Below, piece by piece: positions 1 through 11,522 of a DNA stretch of 64,000 bases (position 1 is the first letter of the stretch; every line of letters starts with the position of its first letter). The stretch is from Thermomicrobia bacterium. Its GTDB lineage: Bacteria > Chloroflexota > Chloroflexia > Thermomicrobiales > UBA6265. The position numbers and the translations under genes were made by a program. The stretch covers positions 343 to 64,342 of the forward strand of contig JBIQLF010000003.1 of NCBI GenBank assembly GCA_044464585.1. Direction: 5' to 3'. The notes below the pieces were generated by a model. That model was not told where the DNA came from. It did not search any database and worked only from the letters and a program-made list of their open reading frames with translations.

Positions 1-1
1 C

Positions 2-820
2 GGTTGCATGGATAATCTGGCGGGCGTTCTCGATCGGGTCGAGTTCATCGAACGCGACCTGCGAGATGACACCGCGTTGCGATCCGCAATGCGCGATGTC
101 GACGTGGTCTTCCATCAAGCCGCCGATGCGTCGGTTCCGCGTTCGATGTCGGATCCGGCCGCATGTTATGACGTCAATGTCATGGGTACCCTCCGGTTGC
201 TCGAGGCGGCCCGCAACGTCGGTGTGCGTCGAGTGGTTTTCGCCTCCTCCTGTGCGGTCTACGGAGAGGAACCGGAATCTCCCAAACGCGAACCCATGCC
301 CTCCGCTCCCGCTTCGCCATATGCTGCTTCCAAGGTCGCCGGCGAAGATCTCTGCGCGCTCTACGGGCGTGTCTTCGGGCTGGAAACGGTTCGACTGCGC
401 TATTTCAATGTATTCGGACCGCGCCAAAGCCCCTTCTCGGCATACGCCCCGGTCATTCCGCGGTTCATCTCCGCGTTCGCGAATGGAGCCGCCCCCGCGA
501 TCTATGGGGATGGCGAGCAGACCCGGGATTTCGTGTATGTCGATGATGTCGTTCGGGCAAACCTGCTCGCGGCAAACGCCACTGGAGCGAACGGACGCGT
601 GTTCAATATCGCCTCTGGCCGCTCTGTTTCGTTGAATCAAGTAGTGACCCACCTGCAAACGATCATGGGTTCGACAATCGAAGCGCAATATGTCGAGCAG
701 CGACCGGGCGATATCCGGCATTCGGCCGCCGATATCTCTGCGGCGTTAGAAATAGGATTTCGTGCCGCTATCCCCTTCGCGGACGGGCTCAGCCGAACGG
801 TTCGGGCACTCACCGGCTGA
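2..820 (+). CDS. NAD-dependent epimerase/dehydratase (UDP-sugar 4-epimerase-like), 5' end cut by window edge
   Basis: Frame of ORF 8..820. Extended-SDR motifs are present (HQAA, SSCAVYG, catalytic YAASK = YxxxK, FNVFGPRQ, GDGEQTRDFVYVDD). The N-terminal GxxGxxG Rossmann segment is missing, so the gene starts upstream of base 1. Confidence 0.85.
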   Translation, partial: GCMDNLAGVLDRVEFIERDLRDDTALRSAMRDVDVVFHQAADASVPRSMSDPAACYDVNVMGTLRLLEAARNVGVRRVVFASSCAVYGEEPESPKREPMPSAPASPYAASKVAGEDLCALYGRVFGLETVRLRYFNVFGPRQSPFSAYAPVIPRFISAFANGAAPAIYGDGEQTRDFVYVDDVVRANLLAANATGANGRVFNIASGRSVSLNQVVTHLQTIMGSTIEAQYVEQRPGDIRHSAADISAALEIGFRAAIPFADGLSRTVRALTG

Positions 821-912
821 ATACTGCGGCTTCTCGCATCATCGCCTGCACCAGGGGAAATTCCCATTCCTGCATTTCGGGTGGCCGGCCGCAAGACCGG
901 CTGCATCCGTGC

Positions 913-2814
913 TTGCCAATGGGTAGACTATCGCCCTTACCTGGGTCCAGTGACGGGTGCAGCAACGGTTTGACGGGCATAGGCGATGTGCGTGATCGGG
1001 GGAGCCTGAACGGCGAACCAGGGCAATGGCCGTCCAACGGACGTGGATTCCAGCACGATTCCAAACCCGGGGCGCTGCGCGTTCTGATCTTCATGGCAAC
1101 CGCGGGTGGCGGGCATCTTGCGGCTGCAAGGGCGATCGAGCATGAGCTTCATGCCCAGGATCAGGACGCGGTCATCATCGACGGTCTTCAGGCGATGAGT
1201 CCGCTGTTGCGCTGGCTGCATGTCGATTTCTACAGCTGGTTGCTGGGACATCTGCCATGGATTTACGAAATCGTTTTTCGTGGGACCGGAAGTCCCCGTA
1301 CCGTCGCGTTGGTTCGCTGGTTGCTTGGCACGATCTGGGGTCCTAATCTGTTGGTCATCATCCGGCAGATGCATCCCACCCATGTCATATCGACCTTTCC
1401 GACCGTCACGGCTTGTCTCGGACAGTTGAACCAAGCCGGCAAGTTGGATGTGCCTGTGTCCGCGACTGTCACCGATTTCGGCGTCCATCCCATGTGGGTG
1501 TCCCCCGCGGTCGGCGCCCATTTCGTGTTGTCCAGAGAATCCAAACGACAAGCGATGGACCTTGGCGCCCATGCCACAGTCATACGATTTCCCGTCGACC
1601 GGCGGTTTCGGTCGATGCCGGATCGCGACCGGGCGAGAGCACTGCTTGGAGTGCCAGAGGAGGCGTTCATCTGTCTCATCATGGGCGGGGCATGGGGCGT
1701 CGGCAACCTGGCGGAGACGGCCGAGCGCGTAGTTGCGGCGGGTGCGTTTCCGATCGTCGTCGCCGGGCGCAACGACCGTCTGAAAACCGAACTCGACCGG
1801 CGGTTTTCGGACCCAGCGACCGCGCGTGTTCTGGGCTGGAGTGACGATATACCGCTGCTTATGGCCGCATCGAATTGTCTGGTCCAGAATGCGGGTGGCG
1901 TCAGTTGCCTGGAGGCAATCGAGGCCGGTTTGCCTATCGTCTTCTATCGCCCGCTTTCCGGACACGGCATGGGCAATGCGCTCACCATGGAAGCGGCCGG
2001 AGCGGCTACGTTCGCGCGGAGCGAACTGGCACTCGAACAGCTCGTCCGCGATGCAAGCACAGGGCGAAATCCGCTTGCCACCCCAAGAGAATCAGAGGGC
2101 TACGATCTGCTCCAGGCCGTTCGTAATCAGGCGCCGTTGCGGCACTCGGTTGCCACCTCGATGCCTCGCCGCGTGCCGCGCTGGTCCGCGATTACGGCGC
2201 TGCTGGTGCTCATGTTTTGGATCTTCGCTTCTTCCCCGGTCCCCTTACGTGCCGCGTCATTGATGGGCCATCCCGTCGTTCGCTCGGCGCCGCTGTCCGG
2301 TGAATCGGTCGTACTGGTTCGAATCACCGATCCGAATGTTGCCAGCGCGATTCTGGCCTGGTTGCCGGACGCACCTGGTCCAGTAACGCTTTTCGTCGGT
2401 GCCGATGCATCCGCGGGAGTCGATCTTCCCCAGCCGGGTGACTATGGGGTCATCGGGGCAGACCGTGGCGGCTGGTTCATGACCCAACGCCGGGACTGGG
2501 GCGAACAGCGTGAGGCGGCACGTAATCTCCGCCGTTTCACCGGATCGAGCCCCGCATATTTGCTTCTCGAAAGCAATCGGTTGCGTTTGGGAGTTTTGCT
2601 GGGCGCTCCCCGGCATGCGGCGATCATCGTGACATCGCCCAGCGGCGGCAGTTCGAGCGATGGGATCGTTGTCATCGATACAGATGGATCGACACCGGCA
2701 GAAGCGATTGCACAGATCACAAGCGCGCTACTGGAATCGTGCGGCATTGACGCATCCTGCGTCACGCTCTCGACATACATTCGCCTACCACGGATCGAAG
2801 CGGACACGGCATGA
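913..2814 (+). CDS. MGDG-synthase/UgtP-like (GT28-type) glycosyltransferase fused to a TM helix and a C-terminal domain of unknown function
   Basis: The N-terminal ~390 aa carry RVLIFMATAGGGHLAAARAI (glycine loop), ISTFP, TDFGVHPMWV and GGVSCLEAIEAGLPIV. These are followed by a hydrophobic helix ITALLVLMFWIFASS and a ~210-aa tail. Start uncertain (TTG 913 or ATG 919). Confidence 0.7.
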   Translation: MPMGRLSPLPGSSDGCSNGLTGIGDVRDRGSLNGEPGQWPSNGRGFQHDSKPGALRVLIFMATAGGGHLAAARAIEHELHAQDQDAVIIDGLQAMSPLLRWLHVDFYSWLLGHLPWIYEIVFRGTGSPRTVALVRWLLGTIWGPNLLVIIRQMHPTHVISTFPTVTACLGQLNQAGKLDVPVSATVTDFGVHPMWVSPAVGAHFVLSRESKRQAMDLGAHATVIRFPVDRRFRSMPDRDRARALLGVPEEAFICLIMGGAWGVGNLAETAERVVAAGAFPIVVAGRNDRLKTELDRRFSDPATARVLGWSDDIPLLMAASNCLVQNAGGVSCLEAIEAGLPIVFYRPLSGHGMGNALTMEAAGAATFARSELALEQLVRDASTGRNPLATPRESEGYDLLQAVRNQAPLRHSVATSMPRRVPRWSAITALLVLMFWIFASSPVPLRAASLMGHPVVRSAPLSGESVVLVRITDPNVASAILAWLPDAPGPVTLFVGADASAGVDLPQPGDYGVIGADRGGWFMTQRRDWGEQREAARNLRRFTGSSPAYLLLESNRLRLGVLLGAPRHAAIIVTSPSGGSSSDGIVVIDTDGSTPAEAIAQITSALLESCGIDASCVTLSTYIRLPRIEADTA

Positions 2815-4568
2815 ACAGCCATGACCCAGGTTCGCCAAGTGCGATCGGGGATCGCCCACGGTCGGTTCTCATTCTGACCGCGGCCGTTGGAGGCGGCCAC
2901 GAGGCATTAGCCTCGTCGATAGCCCGGGAACTGCTCGAAACGGGACAATACACCATCGTCACCCGAGATGGTCCACGTGATGTCAGCCGGTTGCTCGCAT
3001 GGTCCTTGCGAGCCGGGTACCTCTTCCAACTGAAGCATGCAACCTGGACCATCGGGCCTGTATTCGCGTTCAAGACGCATCGCTATGTCGCACCGCGCCT
3101 GCGGGCGCTCTACGGTTTTCTGTACGGCAGGCGGTTGCTGGAGACGGTACGGCTCCAACAGCCAGATGTCGTAATTTCGACCTACCCGATCGTGACAGCG
3201 GTGCTCGATGCATTGCGCCGCTCGAATCGAATCTGTATCCCGGTCGTAACTGCCATCGCGGACTATGGAGTGCATGATCTGTGGGTGGGACCTGAAACGA
3301 CCATGCACCTGGTTGCGTCCGACCTGTCGCGCCGCCTCGTACAGGCGGCGGGTGGCCGGGCCACGATCGTCCGCATGCCGGTGGATGTTCGATTCGACAT
3401 TGCCGTCGATCGGTCGGCCATGCGTGCACGACTCGGCCTTCCGCGGGATAAGACCATCGTGCTCCTCGCTGCGGGCGCCTGGGGTGTCGGGGATTTGGCG
3501 CCAGTGGTTCGGGGCGCGATGGAGGCCGGGGCGTACCCCATCGTCATTACCGGCAAGAACGAGGCGAGTCGAATTCGCCTGGCGCGCCGATTCGCGAATC
3601 CGGCCGATGCGCTCATCCTCGGTTGGACCGAAGCAATGCCGGAGTATTTGGCGGCCGCCGATTGTCTGATCCAGAATGGCGGCGGTATGACCTGTCACGA
3701 AGCCGCGGCGATGGGGGTGCCTGTCCTCTTCTTCCGGCCATTACCGGGCCATGGTCGGCGCAATGCCGATGTCATGGAAGCAGCGGGAGTCACCTGGCGG
3801 CTCGCGAGCGAACGAGCGCTCGGACCGGCGATCGAGCGCATTGCGGCCGGCGATCACCCGGACTTGGTGCCTCGTTCGGGAATGAGCATTGCCGGCGCCG
3901 TTGCCGACGCGGTGCGGACCGATCCCGCGTTGCGCATACGATCACGACCGGTCCAGCGTGCCTATGGCCGCGTCGGGTTTGCCACGATGATGCTGCTCGC
4001 ATGCTGGTTGCTGCTGACACCATGGACCGGGGGAACGGTGGATTTCATGATGCCCCCTGTGGCAAATGCCTCTACGGTCGAAGGCGGGTCGGTCATTCTG
4101 GCCATTCGGCTGTCGACGGCAGAAAGCGCCATTGCCATCCAGGAGGCCGCCGAAGAAGCCCGGACGCCTGTGGTCCTTTTCGTGCAACCGTCGGCAATGG
4201 ATGGCATCAGGCAGAGTCCATATGTGCAATATGGACTGAGTCAGGAACCATACCGGCAATTGATTTCGCATCCCGACGATGCGTGGCGAGCCACTCGGAC
4301 CGCGTCGACCCGAATCAGATCGGCCAACGAGTCCGATCTGCTCTATGTGCTCGGCGCGGAACGCGGGCGCACCGTTGCAGCGACCGCGATGATTCCGGGA
4401 AGGGTTACGATGCTCGCGATGTCCAAACCACCGGAGGCGGTCGAAATGCTCGATCTGGCTCATTCGACGACGGACGAGGCGGTCGAACGTTTTCACCGAG
4501 AATTGGCCCGGCTGGCCGAGGAAGGATTGTCATGCGTATTTCTACCCGCGGATTCATTGCCGGCCTAA
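2811..4568 (+). CDS. Paralogous MGDG-synthase/UgtP-like glycosyltransferase with TM helix and C-terminal domain
   Basis: Same architecture as the upstream gene: SVLILTAAVGGGHEALASSIA, ISTYP, ADYGVHDLWV and GGMTCHEAAAMGVPV, then the helix FATMMLLACWLLLTPW and a ~190-aa tail. ATGA start/stop overlap at 2811-2814. Confidence 0.7.
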   Translation: MNSHDPGSPSAIGDRPRSVLILTAAVGGGHEALASSIARELLETGQYTIVTRDGPRDVSRLLAWSLRAGYLFQLKHATWTIGPVFAFKTHRYVAPRLRALYGFLYGRRLLETVRLQQPDVVISTYPIVTAVLDALRRSNRICIPVVTAIADYGVHDLWVGPETTMHLVASDLSRRLVQAAGGRATIVRMPVDVRFDIAVDRSAMRARLGLPRDKTIVLLAAGAWGVGDLAPVVRGAMEAGAYPIVITGKNEASRIRLARRFANPADALILGWTEAMPEYLAAADCLIQNGGGMTCHEAAAMGVPVLFFRPLPGHGRRNADVMEAAGVTWRLASERALGPAIERIAAGDHPDLVPRSGMSIAGAVADAVRTDPALRIRSRPVQRAYGRVGFATMMLLACWLLLTPWTGGTVDFMMPPVANASTVEGGSVILAIRLSTAESAIAIQEAAEEARTPVVLFVQPSAMDGIRQSPYVQYGLSQEPYRQLISHPDDAWRATRTASTRIRSANESDLLYVLGAERGRTVAATAMIPGRVTMLAMSKPPEAVEMLDLAHSTTDEAVERFHRELARLAEEGLSCVFLPADSLPA

Positions 4569-5266
4569 CCACGGTGGGTGCGGTGCATGCGGCACCGGCC
4601 ATCTCACAATCGAAACTGGGACGAACGTTGTTTCCCGTGGTGTCGCGCGTGGACGGTTCGAACGGGGTTGCACTGACATTCGATGATGGTCCGGATGTTC
4701 AGATTCAGCAGTTCCTCGATATGCTCGATTCGGCCGGTGCAACGGCAACGTTCTTTCTCGTAGGCGAACAGATCGTCCGCAATCCCGAAGCCCCGGCGGC
4801 GATCGTGGCCGCCGGCCATGAAGTTGCCGTCCATGGCTTCACGCATCGGGGGCACCTCCGTCGGTCGCCGTGGGATCTCGCCGGCGATCTCCGCCGGGCG
4901 CGTGCCATCATCGAAGATTCGACCCAGATCACCCCTCGCCTCTACCGACCGCCCTATGGTGTTTTTACGCTTGGGTCCTGGATGGAAACGAAACGACAGG
5001 GGTGGACTCCCGTCCTGTGGAGTCGCTGGGGGAAAGACTGGGACGAGACCGCCACCCCTCGCGGCATCGCCGATCGCATCGGCCATCCGCGGGCTGGCGA
5101 CATCTTGCTACTCCACGACTCCGACCGATACAGCGCGCCTCGGTCGTGGTCGAATACCTTGGATGCGCTACCGATCATTCTCGAACGGATTGCTGAGGCG
5201 GGGCTCCGAACCCAAACGGTCGGGGAAATGCTCGAGCAGACCGGCCGGCTCGCCCCGCGGCCATAG
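4532..5266 (+). CDS. Secreted polysaccharide deacetylase (NodB / CE4 family)
   Basis: Real start judged to be ATG 4532, inside long ORF 3623..5266. The upstream part of that ORF is Arg/Gly-rich out-of-frame overlap of the GT gene. Signal-like N-terminus MRISTRGFIAGLTTVGAVHAAPA. NodB motifs TFDDGP, HEVAVHGFTH, RPPYG and LLLHD. Overlaps the upstream gene by 37 nt. Confidence 0.85.
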   Translation: MRISTRGFIAGLTTVGAVHAAPAISQSKLGRTLFPVVSRVDGSNGVALTFDDGPDVQIQQFLDMLDSAGATATFFLVGEQIVRNPEAPAAIVAAGHEVAVHGFTHRGHLRRSPWDLAGDLRRARAIIEDSTQITPRLYRPPYGVFTLGSWMETKRQGWTPVLWSRWGKDWDETATPRGIADRIGHPRAGDILLLHDSDRYSAPRSWSNTLDALPIILERIAEAGLRTQTVGEMLEQTGRLAPRP

Positions 5267-5376
5267 ACGATTTCCCACCGGAAATCGATCGATCGAAGCG
5301 AGATTTCCGGGAATCCCGATTCGGCATCGGAAGCCGCCCGCTCGCCGGCGGTTATTCCCATTCGCTGATCGAATTC

Positions 5377-5418
5377 TGGTCAGCTGCCGTTGCGAGCTTT
5401 AGAATTAGCCTCGGCTAA
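5377..5418 (+). promoter_or_regulatory. Putative mntH promoter (TGGTCA-N17-TAGAAT) with a TTAGCC-TC-GGCTAA palindrome immediately after the -10
   Basis: TAGAAT at 5400..5405 and TGGTCA at 5377..5382. The inverted repeat TTAGCC/GGCTAA lies at 5405..5418, about 35 nt upstream of the mntH ATG. Its position fits a metalloregulator operator. Confidence 0.35.
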
Positions 5419-5451
5419 ATCGCATGTTCACCGCGATACGAACGAGGCAGG

Positions 5452-6813
5452 ATGAAATCGAAAACGGCGCCACCACAACGAGAATCTCCGGCCCGTGGGG
5501 AACGCACCTATGCTGGTGAAACGGTCGAGGGCCGGCTCGATGCCGGAACGCTTGCCGGGGCCGAGGCGATCCTGAGTGGCGAAGCGCACGGAACGGGGCG
5601 TCTGACTCGCCTGCTGCCGTTTCTCGGTCCGGCATTCATTGCCGCCATCGCTTATGTCGACCCCGGCAACTTTGCGACCAATATCGAGGGCGGCGCGAAG
5701 TTCGGCTATCTGCTGGTTTGGGTCATCCTTGCCGCCAATTTGATGGCGATGCTGGTCCAAATGCTCTCCGCCAAGCTCGGAATCGCAACCGGCAGGAATT
5801 TGGCGCAGTTGATCCGGTCGAACTTCCCACGCCCAGTCGTCATCGGATTCTGGGTCGTTGCCGAGCTGGTTGCCATCGCCACCGACCTGGCGGAAATCCT
5901 CGGAGCGGCGGTCGGTTTCTATCTGGTCTTTCATATTCCATTGTTTCCGGCGGCGGTCCTGACCGGGGTTGCCACCTTCCTCATCCTCGGTCTGCAATCG
6001 TACGGATTCCGGCCCATAGAAGCGGTGATCTCCATCTTCGTCGGGGTCATCGCGGTGTGCTATGTGCTGGAAACCGTTCTGGGACGCCCCGATTTTGGAG
6101 CGGTGGCGGATTCCTTCCTGCCCCCTCGATTCGATGGCCCCGAGAGTGTGCTGCTTGCCGCGGGAATTCTCGGCGCCACCGTCATGCCCCATGTGATCTT
6201 TCTCCATTCGGCGTTGACGCAGGACCGAGTGATCGCCGCGAATGTCGAACAACGGCGCCGGCTCGTTCGGTTCGAGGTGGCCGATATCGTCGTCGCCATG
6301 GGCATCGCCGGGTTCGTGAATATCGCCATGTTGCTGATGGCGGCCGTGACCTTCCATGGTACCGACCTGATTGCTCCCGGCGACGATTTGATCCTACGTT
6401 CGTACGAAACACTCACCCCGGTGCTCGGCAGTGGCGCGAGCCTGATCTTTGGCATCTCCCTGATCGCGGCCGGTCTTTCCTCCTCGACGGTTGGCACGAT
6501 GTCGGGCCAGGTCATCATGCGCGGGTTCCTCGGCTGGCAGATACCGATCCTGATCCGGCGGGGTATCACCATGCTTCCGGCATTCATCATCATTGGGCTG
6601 GGGGTCGATACGACGCGCACGCTCGTGTTGAGTCAGGTGGTCCTCTCGTTCGGAATTCCCTTTGCGCTCATTCCGCTGATCATCTTTACGGCGCGCAGAA
6701 GCCTAATGGGCGAGCTGGTCAATCGCCTCTCGACGACGATCATGGCCTGTCTGGTTGCGGCGGTCATCATCGCGCTCAATATCTTCTTGCTGCAGCAGAC
6801 GCTCTTTTCCTAG
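5452..6813 (+). CDS. mntH: Nramp-family divalent metal (Mn2+/Fe2+) transporter
   Basis: LLPFLGPAFIAAIAYVDPGNFATNIEGGAKFGY, the Nramp signature DPGN, MPHVIFLHS, and multiple TM segments. GAGG SD about 8 nt upstream of the ATG. Confidence 0.9.
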   Translation: MKSKTAPPQRESPARGERTYAGETVEGRLDAGTLAGAEAILSGEAHGTGRLTRLLPFLGPAFIAAIAYVDPGNFATNIEGGAKFGYLLVWVILAANLMAMLVQMLSAKLGIATGRNLAQLIRSNFPRPVVIGFWVVAELVAIATDLAEILGAAVGFYLVFHIPLFPAAVLTGVATFLILGLQSYGFRPIEAVISIFVGVIAVCYVLETVLGRPDFGAVADSFLPPRFDGPESVLLAAGILGATVMPHVIFLHSALTQDRVIAANVEQRRRLVRFEVADIVVAMGIAGFVNIAMLLMAAVTFHGTDLIAPGDDLILRSYETLTPVLGSGASLIFGISLIAAGLSSSTVGTMSGQVIMRGFLGWQIPILIRRGITMLPAFIIIGLGVDTTRTLVLSQVVLSFGIPFALIPLIIFTARRSLMGELVNRLSTTIMACLVAAVIIALNIFLLQQTLFS

Positions 6814-6919
6814 GAGACGTTCCCGCCTCCGGTCGCGTGGACAGGGATAATGGACGAATGATCGACCGCGGCCGCGCCGTTCGTTTCGTCGCGGCATTTA
6901 GAAAAGTGGAGGTTGAAAT

Positions 6920-7468
6920 ATGAACTCTTCGCATGAGCCAAGATTGGATCCACCCGCAGGGGAACGCGATCACCGGTCCGGACCGGATCGCGCTCCGGTC
7001 ACGCTGGTGGAGTTTGGGGACTTCCAATGTGAGGATTCCGGCGCGGCCTATCCGATCCTGCAGCGCATCCGGTCCGAGATGGGCGATTCGCTTTTGTTCG
7101 TCTTTCGGCATTTTCCCCTGAACCACGAACACGCGTATGCGCAGGCGGCGGCCGAGGCGGCCGAATCGGCTGGTTCCCAGGGCAGATTCTGGGAAATGCA
7201 CGATGCCCTCTATGAAAACCAGGATGACGTCCGCGCCGGCAATATTCTTGCAATTGCTTCGATCGCTGGTGTCGATATCGACACGGTGCAGGCCGATCTC
7301 GAATCCCGGCGATTCCGGGTCCGCGTCGATGACGATCATGAGAGTGGGGTGGAAAGCGGCGTTTCGGGCACACCGACCTTCTTCGTCGATGGTCAGCGCG
7401 TGGATATCGGAGAGGACTACGAATCGCTGCTCGGCATCCTCCAGCAGAGAGCGGATGCCGCCGAATGA
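6920..7468 (+). CDS. DsbA-like thioredoxin-fold protein with CxxS (monothiol) active site
   Basis: VTLVEFGDFQCEDSGAAYP aligns to the DsbA/Thioredoxin_4 motif FxDxxCPxC, but the motif reads C-E-D-S (tgt gag gat tcc). GGAGG SD upstream. Confidence 0.7.
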   Translation: MNSSHEPRLDPPAGERDHRSGPDRAPVTLVEFGDFQCEDSGAAYPILQRIRSEMGDSLLFVFRHFPLNHEHAYAQAAAEAAESAGSQGRFWEMHDALYENQDDVRAGNILAIASIAGVDIDTVQADLESRRFRVRVDDDHESGVESGVSGTPTFFVDGQRVDIGEDYESLLGILQQRADAAE

Positions 7469-7974
7469 AGCGCGATATCGATGTGATCGATCAACTGTTG
7501 GGAACCGATGCCTCGGCCGCCATCCGTGATTTGCGGGGGCAAAAGCCCGAGCTCGCATCGCAGATGCAGGCGTACTATGACGCTGTTTTCGACCCGGACG
7601 CCGAGTCTGCGGCCGCCCTGTCTCCGGCCGAGCGCTGCCTGATCGCGCTGCGTACGGCTGCCCACACGCACAGCAACGCCGCGATGGACTGGTATGCTGC
7701 TCGCGCCAGAGACACCAATGTCGATACCGGCGATATCGACCGGGCTGCCGATCTCGAGCGCCTATGGCCCGCGAACCCACGCTTGCACGCCATCATGCGG
7801 CACGTCGATCTGATCGTCGCCCGCCCGGCCGAAAGCCGCAAGGAAGACATCGAGGCATTGGAGACGGCCGGTGTTTCACCGGCTGGAATCGTGGCGCTTT
7901 CGCAGACCGTCGCATATGTCTCCTATCAGGTGCGGCTGGTAGCGACATTTCGAGCGCTTGGTGAATCAGCATGA
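7465..7974 (+). CDS. CMD (carboxymuconolactone decarboxylase-like) domain protein, partner of peroxidase-related enzyme
   Basis: All-helical AhpD/CMD-like sequence (LSPAERCLIALRTAAHTH, VALSQTVAYVSYQVRL). ATGA overlaps on both sides couple it to its neighbours. Confidence 0.6.
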   Translation: MKRDIDVIDQLLGTDASAAIRDLRGQKPELASQMQAYYDAVFDPDAESAAALSPAERCLIALRTAAHTHSNAAMDWYAARARDTNVDTGDIDRAADLERLWPANPRLHAIMRHVDLIVARPAESRKEDIEALETAGVSPAGIVALSQTVAYVSYQVRLVATFRALGESA

Positions 7975-8552
7975 CCGAACCCGAATTCACACTCGATTTG
8001 CTCGACTGGAAACCATGGTTGACACGATCGATCGACACCGATCTGCCCGATTCCCGGCGAACCGAGATCGAAACGTTTGTGTCGGGAAAGAACGCTTCGG
8101 ATTATCTGCTCGTGCTGGCCAACGACTTCGGTTCGTTACAGGCCCGAGCGCTCGTGCATCGGCATGTGTATGCGACCGAAGAAGCGCGGCAGAGCGGATA
8201 CCGGGAATTGGGCGCCACCACCACATCGCGCATCAATGGATGCGTCTTTTGTGCTTCGGTGCATGCGCGCCATGTCGCCAACTTTGCGAAGAATCGCCCG
8301 CTCGCCCAGCGCTTTCTCGATGATGGACTGGACGCCGACCTGCCGCCCGTCGAACGCGCGATCGTCGATGCATGCGCCAAACTGACCTTCGATCCAGAAG
8401 GGTTTTCTGGCGCGGACCTGGCACCGCTTCGGGCTCAGGGACTCTCCGATATCGAGATTCTGGACATCCTCAACTACGCCGCGTTCTTTGCGAACGCAAA
8501 CCGGCTGATGTTGACCCTCGGTGAGCCAGCTGCGAAAAAGAAGATCAGATAG
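7971..8552 (+). CDS. Peroxidase-related enzyme, AhpD-like core (CxxC)
   Basis: TTSRINGCVFCASVHARH is the AhpD-family CxxCxxxH core. The C-terminal CMD repeat reads EILDILNYAAFFANANRL. ATGA overlap with the upstream CMD gene. Confidence 0.75.
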   Translation: MTEPEFTLDLLDWKPWLTRSIDTDLPDSRRTEIETFVSGKNASDYLLVLANDFGSLQARALVHRHVYATEEARQSGYRELGATTTSRINGCVFCASVHARHVANFAKNRPLAQRFLDDGLDADLPPVERAIVDACAKLTFDPEGFSGADLAPLRAQGLSDIEILDILNYAAFFANANRLMLTLGEPAAKKKIR

Positions 8553-8664
8553 ATCCGCTCCGAGCTGGGTTGTAGGATGCGTCCGATCCCAAATTTCTTC
8601 GATGGGCGCGATCGCCGGCTACGAAGATCGTAGAATCGGCACGATCGAATGTTGGATCGACTGA

Positions 8665-10963
<2,299 letters not shown>

Positions 10964-10967
<4 letters not shown>

Positions 10968-11365
10968 TCGCTGGCCGACGTCCAGGAATCGATCGCAATC
11001 GTGACCCGGTATCGCTCTTCACCCGCATGTCCACCCGTGAAGGCGGCGCCGGTGTATTTCTGTGCGAGCTGGTTGACGAACGTCAGGGTCGTGAAGAGTT
11101 CGAACAGGATTGCATGCCCGCGCAATTCGAGATAGCGAAACGGTCGGTCCGGATCCAGTACGGAAAGCGCAGCCCAGCGGTTTTCCCGCAAATTGCGCAA
11201 CTTGGCCGTATCGCCCTTGATGCTCAGGAGGATCCTCTTGCCATCGTAGAGAAACCATACGGGATTGACCTGGGGTCGGCCTGTCGAATCGACGGTCGCA
11301 AGGTGGCCCATAAGCGGGCGTTCGAGCAGATCGAGATGTGTCGACGGAAGCGGCCCCCTGGGCAT
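10964..11365 (-). CDS. PPOX-class (pyridoxamine 5'-phosphate oxidase-like, probably F420/FMN-binding) protein
   Basis: LLERPLMGHLATVDSTGRPQVNPVWFLYDGKRILLSIKGDTAKLRNLRENRWAALSV is typical of the split-barrel PPOX family. Start moved to ATG 11365, which has a GGAGAGGAG SD. The longer ORF start at 11497 lacks support. Confidence 0.7.
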
Positions 11366-11522
11366 CTCAAAGAACTCCTCTCCTGATCTTCGTTCGTGGT
11401 CGCGGCCAAGCATGGCAGACCCAAGTGCCCGGACGAGGCGCGCCACGACCCGGCTCGTTCTTGGATCGGCGTCGGTCAGGGCTCGCCTCGGCCGCAAGTG
11501 AGATTCAAGACTTCGGCCGGGC

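Noticed and set aside
3623-4531. N-terminal 303 codons of ORF 3623..5266, which would make a 547-aa deacetylase.
   Set aside because: This part is an out-of-frame overlap of the second GT28 gene with an Arg/Gly/Cys-rich nonsense-like translation. The NodB domain with its signal peptide starts at ATG 4532.
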